Positions 1-11,817 of a DNA stretch of 64,000 nucleotides are shown piece after piece. The notes below the pieces were generated by a model, which was not told the DNA's origin, made no database searches, and worked only from the letters and a program-made list of their open reading frames with translations. The position numbers and the translations under genes were made by a program. The DNA lies in contig NC_068997.1 of assembly GCF_001194135.2 (NCBI RefSeq), positions 29,627,322 through 29,691,321 on the forward strand, written 5' to 3'. Each line of letters opens with the position of its first letter. Position 1 is the first letter of the stretch. Source of the DNA: Octopus bimaculoides (Eukaryota).

Positions 1-269
1 AAAGAGATATGGTAGAGGAAGGAAGGATACCAGGAACTTTGAACGAAACTGAAAGCAAACAGGTTGGGCACAAGGCCAGCAATTTCAGGGAAGCAACTAA
101 GTCAATTACATCCTAAAAATCTTGCTGCAAAATCTGTTGTCTCACTGGCTTCCAAGAGATTCCTTTACTATGAAACTCTACCAGACAACAGGTAAAAGAT
201 CTCACTGGTCAGGGATTCCTTACCACAAAACAATAGCTTCCCTGATGAGGAGATTGGGTGTAAAAAGAG

Positions 270-700
270 TCAAGTGCTAATATATACATAACTGCTACAT
301 GTTGATGAAAGACATGGAGGTAACATGAAGCAAAGGAAGCCTGACAAACACATAAAAACATCCCAACAATAGTGAAGCCCAAAGACAATCCCTCTTTCTC
401 TAAGTACATAGTCCTTGATAATCACAGTATAATTATTAACTAAGTTGGTGTATGATATGGAAAGATGACGCAGGTGGATGAAAGGACAGGTACCATAAGT
501 GGAGCAGGAGGACAAAGGGTCCAAGTTTGGCATGGCAATGAGGAAAACAAAAAGTCACATAAGTTGCAGTCACTTCTGAAGAAAGGGTTAAAGGTGTTTG
601 GCAAATAAATAAGGGAAGACAGAAGTGTCACCGAGGAAAGGAGGGAATGTGGAATAGAAAGCAATGAGTAAGGAAGCAGTTGATGACGGATCGAGTACAG
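270..700 (-). mobile_element. Degenerate Penelope-like element remnant (RT C-terminal linker into GIY-YIG zinc-knuckle region)
   Basis: Frameshifted peptides FFRSDCNLCDFLFSSLP and CSTYGTCPFI resemble the PLE motifs FRRDxxLxDxLVxSxLP and CxxCxTCPFI. Recognised by eye only. Confidence 0.35.
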
Positions 701-1334
701 GACAGGGGCATTGAAGTGTAATCAGTGGCAACCGTGTTAGATGAGACTTATCTTTAGTGATCAAGATAACCTCGTTATAGGAACAAGCAGTTTAACTGAT
801 GTGTCTGGATGTCAAAACTGAGGAATGTATGTATTCACGACCTTAAACATGAACCCTCACTTGTTTGGTTCTCTTTCTTTTTCACACATAATTCAATCCT
901 TTACTTCACCTCCCATCACCCACACTTTCCACCCCATCCCCAACACTGCACACACACACACAAATATGTCTAATGCAGGTTATATTGCACCACACCACCT
1001 TCCTCCAGACTTGCCACACTAAGTTCTTTTATTCTTCACTTCATGACTTTCTGTTCTTGCTCTGGTTATAACTTCTATTGAGAATCTGTAGAGATAATCT
1101 TAACAAGTAATGTAGTAGCACTGCTAACACAGCAGAACACAGTACTGACTTATAAAATCGTTTAATATACTTTGTAAGTATATTATGGTTGCATAACAAA
1201 ATACAGAGTTGTTACAATTAATTAACATGTTCATACCAGCTGCCAGGAATGTGTTTAATATGTAAAATTGGTCTATCCAACTGTGTTGCACCACTATATT
1301 TAGTGGCTGTTTAAGCAATATATTCACAAATGAT

Positions 1335-1398
1335 CAATGGGTAGGATAGGTACTGATGAAGGAACAAGAATTCTTGAAATCTGCATATACACCCATTG
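1335..1398 (+). ncRNA. Type I hammerhead ribozyme motif with extended bulged stem I (AUA site)
   Basis: CAATGGGT-aggatag-GTA-CTGATGA-AGGAA caagaa TTCTT-GAAA-T ctgc AT-A-TAC-ACCCATTG. 8 bp + 3 bp stem I, 5 bp stem II, 2 bp stem III. Confidence 0.6.
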
Positions 1399-1422
1399 CT
1401 ATATTTTCATCTTCAATTGTAT

Positions 1423-1798
1423 TCTTTTATTTTGTTTCGGTCATTTGACTGCGGCCATGCTGGAGCACCGTCTTTAGTCGAACAATTTGATCCCAGGACT
1501 TATTCTTTGTAAGCCTAGTACTTATTCTATTGATCTCTTTTGCTGAGCCGCTAAGTTACAGGGACGTAAACACACCAGCATCGGTTGTCAAGCGATGATG
1601 GGAAACAAACACAGACACACAAACATATATAGATACGACGGGCTTCTCTCAGTTTCCATCTACCAAATCCACTCACAAGGCTTTAGTCAGCTCGAGGCTA
1701 TAGTAGAAGACACTTGCCTAAGGTGCCACGCAGTGGGACTGAACTCAGGACCATGTGGTTAGTAAGCAAGCTAATTACCACACAGCCGCTCCTGTGCC
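1423..1798 (-). mobile_element. tRNA-derived SINE, family A (near full length)
   Basis: A/B box-like head (GGTTCAGTCCC-type) and body shared with many other copies in the window. Confidence 0.85.
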
Positions 1799-1916
1799 CA
1801 TGTTGCTTAGATTAGACGAATTCAGATATGAAACATTGTAATGTCTCAGCGCTGGCAAGAATTTCTATAGCAAATCTGTAGAAATAACCTTAAAAAACAG
1901 AAGAAATTAAACCTAC

Positions 1917-1978
1917 CTTTTTCTGTTTTGTTCTTCTTCTTGTTTTTTGTACTTTAAATCATCGAGAACTTCTGTAGC
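1917..1978 (-). CDS. SMC5: SMC5 coding exon 8 (ATEVLDDLKYKKQEEEQNRK-R); gene continues beyond the left edge
   Basis: 62 nt, resembles the KQxEExxR segment of SMC5. AAAG acceptor after a pyrimidine tract, GTAGGT donor. No convincing exon 9 found in 1-1916. Confidence 0.8.
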
Positions 1979-2651
1979 CTTTTACAAGGAAAAACAATAA
2001 AATTGACATTAAAAAAAAACAAAAAAAAACAATAATTCTTCAATGATAGATTTCAAAACATTTAATAAAGAACTCGAATAAAAGACCTTGATCATGAGAG
2101 AAAAAAGAGAAATTTAGATATTTTACTAATCTAGTTGTATTGTCATCATCATCATCGGTTTTGATGTGCACTGTTCCATGCTCACATAGATCAGATGGAA
2201 CTTGAGGAGGCAGATTTTTCTACAGCCAGATGCCTTTCCTGCTTCCAAGGCAAGATAACATTTCCTTACGGTCAGATAAGTCTTCATGGAAGACTGGAAA
2301 AGACAGACACTGCTTGTATGACAGTGACACTCATTTACAACTATCACACAGTGTCGCCTGACTGGCACTAATGTCGGTGGCACGAAAAAAGCACCATTTG
2401 AGCATGGTCATTGCCAGTGCTGCCTGACTGGCTCCTGTGCTAGTGGCACGTAAAAAACACCCACTACACTCTCGGAGTGGTGCAGCCTCCTGGCTTCCCA
2501 GACCCCAATCAAACCATCCAACCCATGCCAGCATGGAAAAGGGACATTAAACGATGATGATGATAAAATATTTGTCTAAGGTGCTAGGCTCAAGTTCTGA
2601 TCCACGAATGAGGGATGGGTGCATATCTCACTTCTGACAAGCATTTTTTTA

Positions 2652-3027
2652 GGTACATGTCTGTGTGGTAAGAAGTTTGCTTTCCAATCATATGGCTCCA
2701 GGTTCAGTCCCACTACATGGCACCTTTAGCAAGTGCCTTCTAAGATAGCCTTGGGCCAACCAAAACCTCATGAGTGGATTTGGTAAATGGAAACTGAAAG
2801 AAGCCTGTAGTATATGTATATATTTATATATACAACAGGTTTGTGTATGTTTATCCAGTGTTGGTGTGTTTATGTACCTGTAACTTAGCAGTTTGGCAAA
2901 AGGTGCTGATAAAGAAAGTACCAGGCTTTAAAAACATAAAAGTACTGGGGTTGATTCATTCAACTAAAATTCCTCAAGGCAGTGCCCCAGCATGGCCAGA
3001 GTCTAATGACTGCAACAAGTAAAAGAT
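2652..3027 (+). mobile_element. SINE family A copy
   Basis: About 80% similar by eye to the reverse complement of 1640-1790, plus the family tail. Confidence 0.8.
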
Positions 3028-3366
3028 TAAAAAAAGATATAAATACTCCACACGCACACACACGCAATGGCCATTTTTGCACTCTCCTGCCTTCAAAAAT
3101 CTTATTCTTTATCTTTCTCCAAATTCCAGTCAATTAATTTTCAGCCATGTAAGGACCCATATGCTTTTCTCTGGACTATCTGCGCCTTCCTCCTTTTCCT
3201 CTTCTCTGGACCTTTACCCCTATCCAACCAGGAGCCATGCATGAAACCTCAATTCCACTCCTACTTTTCCATTTAAAATACTTTCACTGAGCCTCAATCT
3301 AATATATTCATTGACTTTTGTTCTTTGTTCCAGTTTTTTGACGTTCGATTTGCCTATATATACAGT

Positions 3367-3587
3367 GTCATCATCATCATCATCATCATCATCATTTAAC
3401 GTCCGTTGTCCATGCTGTCATGGGTTGGACGGTTTGACCAGGGCTGGTAAGCTGGAAGGCTGCACCAGGCTCCAGTCTGATTTGGCATGGTTTTCTACAG
3501 CTGGATGCCCTTTCTAACATCAACCACTCCAAGAGTGTAATGGGTGCTTTTACGTGCCACCAGCACGGGTGCCAATTTGCATGACAC
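3367..3587 (-). mobile_element. RTE-LINE 3' UTR / tail-derived repeat (family C) with (ATC)n tail
   Basis: CATCCAGCTGTAGAAAC...CCAACCCATGxCAGCATGGA...GTTAAA(TGA)n motif, the same as the 3' ends of the RTE copies at 44215 and 61770. Confidence 0.8.
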
Positions 3588-4028
3588 NNNNNNNNNNNNN
3601 NNNNNNNNNNNNNNNNNNNNNNNNNNNNNNNNNNNNNNNNNNNNNNNNNNNNNNNNNNNNNNNNNNNNNNNNNNNNNNNNNNNNNNNNNNNNNNNNNNNN
3701 NNNNNNNNNNNNNNNNNNNNNNNNNNNNNNNNNNNNNNNNNNNNNNNNNNNNNNNNNNNNNNNNNNNNNNNNNNNNNNNNNNNNNNNNNNNNNNNNNNNN
3801 NNNNNNNNNNNNNNNNNNNNNNNNNNNNNNNNNNNNNNNNNNNNNNNNNNNNNNNNNNNNNNNNNNNNNNNNNNNNNNNNNNNNNNNNNNNNNNNNNNNN
3901 NNNNNNNNNNNNNNNNNNNNNNNNNNNNNNNNNNNNNNNNNNNNNNNNNNNNNNNNNNNNNNNNNNNNNNNNNNNNNNNNNNNNNNNNNNNNNNNNNNNN
4001 NNNNNNNNNNNNNNNNNNNNNNNNNNNN
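3588..4028. other. Assembly gap (others: 9206-9215, 12027-12493, 25803-25921, 28304-28313, 34444-34812, 57209-57584)
   Basis: Runs of N. Confidence 1.
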
Positions 4029-4374
4029 TATTCATATTCTATTCAAAATGAACTTTACTTGTTTGAAACTAACTGACCAACCGACTGGTAGCTGACTACA
4101 GATAAGATTTATTATTCAAATATCCGCTGTCAGTATTTTGATTTTATAGAATTTTGGAAGAATTCAATGTAAGAACTGTAATATAAACAAACAACCACGG
4201 CAAACAATCTCCAAAGAACGAAAGAACTCAACCATCAAATCACACTTTTTTTTTTTCTTTTTTTTTTGCAATGGTTAAATATTCTCAGGAATCATAAACA
4301 GAAACCACTTAAAATAAGATGTTTCTAAGATGGACATTAAAAATTAAAGTAAAAATGTTGGCTTCTAATATCAC

Positions 4375-4446
4375 CTTATCTGTTTCATATTCAATCTGTT
4401 TCTTAATTTTTTCAATTGCTTTATTTGTATCCGAAATACAGGTACT
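4375..4446 (-). CDS. SMC5: SMC5 coding exon 7 (STCISDTNKAIEKIKKQIEYETDK)
   Basis: 72 nt coiled-coil-like peptide, strong polypyrimidine-CAG acceptor, GTGATA donor, phases 0/0 fit both neighbours. Confidence 0.82.
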
Positions 4447-5106
4447 CTGAATAAAGGAAAACAAAAACATCCAATGAAGTCATGCAATATTTTTACCTGT
4501 AAATTACTGATTACTAACTTATGATAAGTTTATGAATTCTGATACAATAAAAGACAACAATGGGAAAAGACTAAAACTACATACCTCTTGAGCAAAGAGA
4601 AAAACTGATTTAAGATCAAAAACTGCTCCTCCCCTGGTCTTGTTAACACTAATTAATTCTCTAAAAACAGGACAGATATAAAATTATGTTACATAAACTA
4701 TTTAACCCTTTTGTTACAGTATTTATTTTGAGATGCTCTGGGTTTCTTTCAATTAATTTTAAATATAACAAAGAATTTGGTAAAACAACTTAGTTATCAT
4801 TCAGCTTGTGATAAGGCTGGCCTTTGAAATAACAAGTACAACTCATTTTTAGAAGGTGAGTGGACTGGAGCAACATGAAATAAAGTGTCTTGCTCAAGGA
4901 CACACCACACCACCAACAATCAAACATAACGACTGTGAGCCGAATGCCCTAACCACTAAGCTACTGCTTCTGGTTACATACATTTTGTGGCCAAAAAGTT
5001 TTACTTAAAACCTGTTGTGAAGGAATTGATTCTTTAAGCTTAATGTTAGCAGGTTTGTGTAACAATATTCAAAATTTGTAAACATGGCACAATTTCAAAA
5101 ACTTAC

Positions 5107-5268
5107 AATATTTTTTAATTGTTGGTTGGTTTTAGTTAGACTGTTCTGTACAACTTGTAATTCTTTCTTCATTGGAGCAGCAGCAGACTGCAACCCTTCC
5201 ACAACTTTAGCCATTTCATCTTTCTCTTTCTTCACATCAGTATATTTACGACGCTGTTCTTCATACTC
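5107..5268 (-). CDS. SMC5: SMC5 coding exon 6 (EYEEQRRKYTDVKKEKDEMAKVVEGLQSAAAPMKKELQVVQNSLTKTNQQLKNI)
   Basis: Follows KRPW-L with EYE as in SMC5 orthologues. 162 nt, CTAG acceptor, GTAAGT donor. Confidence 0.93.
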
Positions 5269-5904
5269 CTAGTAAAAGCAAAAGTAGTTTTTATAATATT
5301 AAATATTTAGTATTACACAATTGTCAAAAGGGCTGGATTTGGCACTACTAAGAGTTCTTGAATTCTTTAAGTTTTGGCTGTCTTGGTTTTTTATGATAAA
5401 TATAAGAGGAAAAAAAAACATAAAAGCTAAAAATGAACCAACTTGATACCAGAAGCGGTAGTCATTAACCCTTTTGTTACTATATTTCTGTTGAGATGCT
5501 CTGTGTTTCTTTTAATTACTTTAAATATAACAAAAGAATTTAGTAAAATAACTTAGTTACCATTCAGCTAGTGTTAGGAACATAAATTTTGACTAAGATT
5601 TGGTGGAAGATTTTAATTCAAAATTTTTAAAAACAAGACATTTGTACTACAGAGCCAGAGGTGGTTACAGCCAGGTTGGTAACTGAAATAGGTATTTTAT
5701 CATCAACATCATTGCTTTTATGTTTTATTTCTCTATGCTGGCGTGGGTTGGACAAGACGTCTTGAGACAGTATTCTTCAGTCAGATGCCATTTGTGATGC
5801 CAACTTGTAATCGCTTTCAATTAACGTATTACTTTATTCAGATTATCTTTGAACATGAAATGGCAAGCTGTGAAACATTGGCCATGTGGTATCGATGCAA
5901 AGAC

Positions 5905-6220
5905 TTGCACAGACAAACACACACACATACACACATATCCAATAGGCTTCCATATAGTTTCCACCAAACAAATTTCACTCACAAGATGTATATTTCTAGA
6001 ATGACATTGTAGGGTAGGTGTGAGAGGCCAGATCTGGCAGGTTTGAACATAAAACAGGGAGAACATTTCAGCTGGCTATACCCAGTTTAAATGCTAAAAG
6101 ATTAACCAGGCTTTGGTCGGCCTGAGGCAAAAGCAGAAGACACTTGCGCAAGGTTCCACACAGTGGGACTGAACCCGGAACCATGTGGTTGGGGAGCAAA
6201 CATCTTGCAACACAGCCACA
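5905..6220 (-). mobile_element. SINE family A interrupted by a piggyBac-like MITE fragment (about 5985-6105)
   Basis: SINE body resumes after a TTAA. The insert is the reverse complement of 9534-9650. Confidence 0.65.
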
Positions 6221-6402
6221 TATCATGTATAAATAATTATGAAAGCACTTTATGAAGAATCTATTGACTTCTGGGAAGGTAGTACAGTTTAATAATAAAG
6301 AATTATATTCTGTAACTACAACTTGTTAACAAATCCTGTATTCCAAAACAGAGGTTAATGAATGTTATAAAATAAATGTAGAAATGAAAATGAAAGATTT
6401 AC

Positions 6403-6615
6403 CAGCCATGGTCTTTTCATTCTCAACATTTTAATTTGTTCCAAGTATTTCTGTCCTTCTTCAAAATTCCTAACATCTTGTTCCAAATGATTGTTCTTTT
6501 GTTTTTCCTGGTTCACATGCTCCACAAGGCTGTCATAGGCTTGGTTAAGAAGCCGTGCCTTTGTCCTAGCCTGCTTTAGTAGCATATGTGTTTCATACAT
6601 GTCTTCACTACCAAC
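6403..6615 (-). CDS. SMC5: SMC5 coding exon 5 (VGSEDMYETH...QDVRNFEEGQKYLEQIKMLRMKRPWL)
   Basis: 213 nt open frame with the KRPW motif at the start of the SMC5 coiled coil. TTTAG acceptor, GTAAAT donor. Confidence 0.95.
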
Positions 6616-7369
6616 CTAAAGCATTACCAAAAACGTAATTAATGCACACATGTAAGTATAAAACTATTCATTCAAAACAAAATTTGCATTGAAAATTTTA
6701 AAAGAATCATAACAAATCTCATTACAGCAATTAAAATATAATGAAGTTTTTGTAAATAGTTCTTAGAATCTAAATGTTTAATACAGAAATATAAATAAAA
6801 ATCTTTATTCTTGTGATTTTTCTCTCATCTTCCACATACACAACATAAAAAAAAACCATACATACACCAAGCTAGCTTTAGCTAATTTGATATCCTACTT
6901 TCAATGCAAAATATCATACTGAAAAATTAACATAATTTATCTTAGAATCAAATACAGACATTAAAAGAATTGAAATGTGTACAGGGAACATGGTTACACT
7001 GGAATTGGGGTTGGAGGTGTCCACAGGCAAAGTAATCCAAACAAAAGGGCTAGAGTTCAGGTGAGAAGACTAAGTTCAGATGCATGGAAACATGTAATAC
7101 AGGAAACTAATTAAGCCAATGAGAATAAAGAACACAGATGTTAAAACAATAACACTTTGTATATTTGAGCGACTCAGTAAGAAGAATCCATCCTCATCAT
7201 CAGGGTCAGACAGTTTGATAGGAGTTGACAAGCTGGAGAACAGCACCAGGTTCCAATTATCTATTCTAGCAGGGTTTCTAAGGCCAGACGCCCTTCCTAA
7301 TGCCACTTTACAGAGTTTTTTTTTACATGGCATCAACATGAAAGTTCCCCTCTGAAGCACAAGTCTGGG

Positions 7370-7622
7370 CAAGGTTGTTTATGAAAGACCAGTAGTTGCC
7401 CATGCATACAAGCTTCCCCTTTCCATGCCACTGATGTTATCCAAGGGAAAGGCAAAGGTTGATACAGCTTGGCACCAATGACGTCATAACTCATTTCTGC
7501 AGCTGAATGAACTGGAGCAATGTGAAATAAAGTGTTTTGCTCAAGAACACAAGATACATCCCTGTCTGGGAATCGAACCCACTACCTCATGATTGCGAGC
7601 CCAATGCTCTAACCACTGAGCC
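7370..7622 (-). mobile_element. tRNA-derived SINE, family D
   Basis: GGTTCGATTCC B box and conserved central domain (CTTGAGCAAxACACTTTATTTCAC...CCAG). Related copies near 4815-4965, 19975-20190 and 27355-27660. Confidence 0.75.
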
Positions 7623-7708
7623 AAGTATGAAAAAAGAAATCACTAACAAAAAAGAAAAGCAATTACACCTTGTAGGTATGGTCAACAGGTGTCGAACAGC
7701 TTAAATTA

Positions 7709-7894
<186 letters not shown>

Positions 7895-8149
7895 CTAGAA
7901 ATAATCATAACAGAAAACTGCTTACAAAAGCAATTAAAAACCTTAAAGTACATAATCATTTGCCAGTAGTTAACTTTTTTTACAAGATGAAAAGGAAAAA
8001 TAAAACATTAAAAGTAAAAAAGAATCAAATTACTGAGAAAAAAAACCCAGAACTACCTCACCAAAGAAATAAAGAAAAAGAAAAGCGGGGGAGAGTGTAA
8101 CAGGTTGTACACCGCAGACCAAATGGCAGATTCAGCTGTGCCTCATAGA

Positions 8150-8340
8150 CATTATTGCAAAGGTGTTGCCATGGAGAATGACCAGTGACACATGCTGCAA
8201 CAGCCACCCCCACCTCGCTGGGCTTGTTTCTAAGACAGGCCATTGTTATCCTGATTTTGTGAAGGAAATCAGTACCATGGGGCTCCAAGAATCTCTGAAG
8301 TCTCAACAGCGACCAGCACAAACAGTCAGGCTCCTGTATG
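8150..8340 (-). mobile_element. CRE-like non-LTR retrotransposon, C-terminal restriction-like endonuclease remnant
   Basis: Frameshifted VAVETSEILG / FLHKIRITMA / QHVSLVILHGNTFAI resembles PVAVETxGxxG...QRxSxAxQRGNA. Confidence 0.6.
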
Positions 8341-8807
8341 TGTTTAACTTAGGGGAAGAAAAAAAAAGATTTAGGATCTCATGAAAAAAGAAAAATACTT
8401 TTTTTTATTCTTTTAGAAATATAATTTATTTCTGAAGTTTAGCATTAGCTAGTCAAGAAAATGGGTGAAGAAACTAACGTATAACATAACTAATGGTTAA
8501 GAAGCTTTTTGAAAATAGCCAGGATTTATAAGTAGCTCATTAAATATTTACCCAAATATAGGTTAAATTTAATTTAAAGAAATTTTTTATTAATTACATG
8601 AAGTCAGAAATTACATAGAAGTATAATGTTAAGTTCATAGGTGAACGAAAAAATATAGTTTTGTGTTGCACCCAAAGCTATAAAAAATAGCAAGAATTGT
8701 ATCGAAGGCTTACAAAAGGATTATTCTACAACAATCCAAAATTATCAGTCATTGGGAAGAATCACACAAGCCATGCTAACAAAAGAAATAAACCGTTTAT
8801 GTTCTAC

Positions 8808-9205
8808 CTTTTACCTGTTTCAGTCATTAATTAGACTGTGGCCATGCTGGAGCACCGCCTTGAACAATTTTAATTGAAGGAATCGACCCCCAATATTCAT
8901 TGTTTTTCAGCCTGGCACTTATTCTATCAGCCTCCTTTGCTGAACTGCTAAGTTATGGAGACGTAAACAAACCAACACAAGCTGTCAAAGTGGGGGAAGG
9001 GGACAAACACAAAAACGCACAGACTCACATACACGTGTGTCTGTGTGTGTGCTTGATGGGCTTCTTTCAGTTTCCATGTACTAAATCCACTTGCAAGGCT
9101 TCAGTTGGTCTGAAGCTATAGTAGAAGGCCCTTGCCCAAGGTGCTATATAGTGGGACTGAACCCAGAACCATGTGGTTAGGAAATGAACTTCGTACCACA
9201 CAGTC
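8808..9205 (-). mobile_element. SINE family A copy
   Basis: Same head, body and tail as 1423-1798. Head runs into a 10-N gap. Confidence 0.8.
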
Positions 9206-9268
9206 NNNNNNNNNNAAAAAAAAAAGGAACTATAAACTTTCGTGATTGAATCTGAACTAAAAACTTAC

Positions 9269-9368
9269 TGCTTTATGGTTGGCTGATCGGCCATTTACAA
9301 ACCAAGACGATACGTTGTTCTTGCTGATCTCGCGTTGAATTATATAGTTGTCCCCATCACGATTATAT
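9269..9368 (-). CDS. SMC5: SMC5 coding exon 3 (YNRDGDNYIIQREISKNNVSSWFVNGRSANHKA)
   Basis: Matches the SMC5 segment xxIxREI...SxWFxN. TTTTAAG acceptor, GTAAGT donor, 100 nt, phases 2/0. Confidence 0.93.
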
Positions 9369-9689
9369 CTTAAAAGAGAAAATAAAAATTATTTTTTTAA
9401 TGTACAGAAGTAAATTATACAAATGCAAACAAATAACATTTATGATCTTTTTAACACACAAGAAATTTCATAGAAAATATTTATAAACCAACAGACCGAT
9501 GCCATTAAAAAATGATGATATTTTAACCCTTTAGCATTTAAACTGGCCATGTCTGGCAGGAATATTCAGCCTGCTTTATGTTTAAACTGGCCAAATCCAG
9601 CCTTTCACACTTTCCCTACAATGTCATTCTAAAAATAAACATCAGATGAAATCAAATCACAATCAAATGGAAATTGTAGTTGTGATCCC

Positions 9690-9937
9690 CATGCTGGTGG
9701 CATGTAAAAAGCACTATCCAAACGTGGTCAATGCCAGCCCCCTCTGGCCCCTGTGCTGGTGGCATGTAAAAAGCACCCACTACACTCTCAGAGTGGTTGG
9801 CATTAGGAAGGGCATCCAGCTGTAGAAACATTGCTAGATCAAACTGGAGTCTGGTGCAGCCTCCTGGCTTTCCAGACCCCAGTTGAACCATCCAACTCAT
9901 GCCAGCATGGAAAATGGACATTAAACGAAGATGATGA
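9690..9937 (+). mobile_element. Family C (RTE 3' tail) repeat
   Basis: Shared motif block ending GTTAAACGAAGATGATGAT. Confidence 0.8.
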
Positions 9938-10867
9938 TAAACACTAGAATTTGCTAAGGCAAAAGTTAGTGAACAGAGACCAACTAGAGTCATGGCCACA
10001 AGCAAGAGCCACTAGAGACAAACGGCCAGAGGGAGAAAGAAGGTTACAACCAGCCAACTATGAGACACAACGCCCCTCGACTCTATAACTTTCACTAGCT
10101 CACTTTCTTTTCTCTTACAACATCATTCTATCACTATCTATGGTTTACTACTACAATAAAAACATGTACACACATACTGGCCGAAATTAACTCTTTTTAC
10201 CCCACATGCTTTTCCATTTACTAATTATACATACCAACCTGTCGTGGTTTTGGATACAGACAAAGTAACAGTAAATAAATATTTCTTTACAACTTCAATC
10301 ACTCTTCTTCTTTCATCTTGCACATCTGCAACAGCAACACCAGTTAAAATCGCTAACTGCCAACTCCAACATATATCATCACAAATATGGTTACACTGGT
10401 GACCACTGATTCCATCTTAACAATAACCATTACAGACTGTAGCCTGGTGCAGCTCTCCAACTTGCCAGCCCTGGTCAAACTGCCCAACCCATGCCAGCAT
10501 GGACAACAGGCGTTAAATGATGGTGATGATGATGATATATATATATATATTTATATTCATTATCATTATTGATTTTACTTCTATTTTGCCAAACTGGTGT
10601 GAGTTGGACAGAACTGTTTGAGGCAGTGTTTTATTGAGAGGAGCTGGACACAATTCCTAACATCAACCCATTTAGTCACCTCTTACAACATACAAGGATA
10701 TTGTGTACCTATTCTGAAAGAGAAGGAACACAACATACTCAATTATGCTTATGTAAATGAACATAAGTCTTGCTGTGAAGATTATTTTTCTTAACTGTAT
10801 GTAATGAGTGACTGGACATATTTTTCTTTAGGCCTAATTTGGTGTAAGATCACAGGGCTATACTTAC

Positions 10868-11062
10868 AGCTCAAGTTCAATAGACCCCTTTGATTTTCCA
10901 TAACGTATATATTCTGAAAGTTGAGAAGCTCGGCCCAACAAACTAGTTTTGCCACCAAGGCCGAGGCAAATAGCACATATGATAGTTGATTTTCCGGTAC
11001 CATTTGGGCCAATGATCACATTTAGATAAGGAGAAGTATAGAACTCAACAGATTCATAGGTC
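10868..11062 (-). CDS. SMC5: SMC5 coding exon 2 with Walker A (TYESVEFYTSPYLNVIIGPNGTGKSTIICAICLGLGGKTSLLGRASQLSEYIRYGKSKGSIELE)
   Basis: GPNGTGKS P-loop plus the AICLGLGG motif typical of SMC5. Polypyrimidine-TAG acceptor, GTAAGT donor, 195 nt, phases 2/2. Confidence 0.97.
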
Positions 11063-11507
11063 CTAAAAGAAAGGAAAAAAAAAAAGGGAGTTAGATTTTT
11101 AACTTTATAAATGACAGAAAAGGTAAATTCTTCTTGAAAATATCACAAGAGCATGTTGCATTTTCCCACATACAAGTCGAATTTTTCGGACCAAAATGTA
11201 CAGCAAAGAAAAAAGCAGATGGAATAATACACCAAGATGACTTTGGCAGACCAAAAATTCCGTGTGAATTTGGAAAGATTGTGACGATGTTTCAATGTTT
11301 ACACTATATGTTTATATTCTTTATTAAGTTGACTTATATGCTTGGAAAATACGGTAATTACAAAGAAAACATTAAATGATGCTAAAATTAGTGTCACATG
11401 ACTAAATACAATGATGTGTTATTCAAATAATGACAATATATAACATGTAACTTGACATTTATTATAACCAAACATTGATGCCACCCTCCAGTCTCAATTG
11501 TCTAGAT

Positions 11508-11817
11508 CAGTGGTTCTCAACTAGGGTCCATGGTAAGATTGGGGGAGGGGGGGTCCACGTAATAAAATAGTAAATTAGGGATCCACAATAGAAGGGCCCC
11601 TGAAAAAAATTTGCTTTAGATGTATGTATTTCAAGAAACAGTTCTAACATTTTACATGGTTCAACCTACACATGTTAATGTGTGAAAAACAAAGTAGGAA
11701 TTCAGAAAGAAGTTTCTATAAAACTCGTTTTGAAAACATTGAATGGCTATGGGGATCCACCAGAATAAAACAGTAATCAAAGGGGTCCACAGATAAAAAC
11801 ATGGTTGAGAATCCCTG
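11508..11817. mobile_element. hAT (Charlie-like) MITE
   Basis: TIRs CAGTGGTTCTCAAC / GTTGAGAATCCCTG and a perfect 8-bp TSD GTCTAGAT (11500-11507, 11818-11825). Confidence 0.9.

Noticed and set aside
242-270. Other CTGANGA sites (242, 16574, 18009, 33036, 50174, 55368, 63804 etc.)
   Set aside because: Each lacks stem II, GAAA or the NUH/stem I closure on manual inspection.
3544-4095. Long ORFs spanning N runs (also 11987-12574, 34355-34897, 57177-57671)
   Set aside because: Artefacts of assembly gaps.
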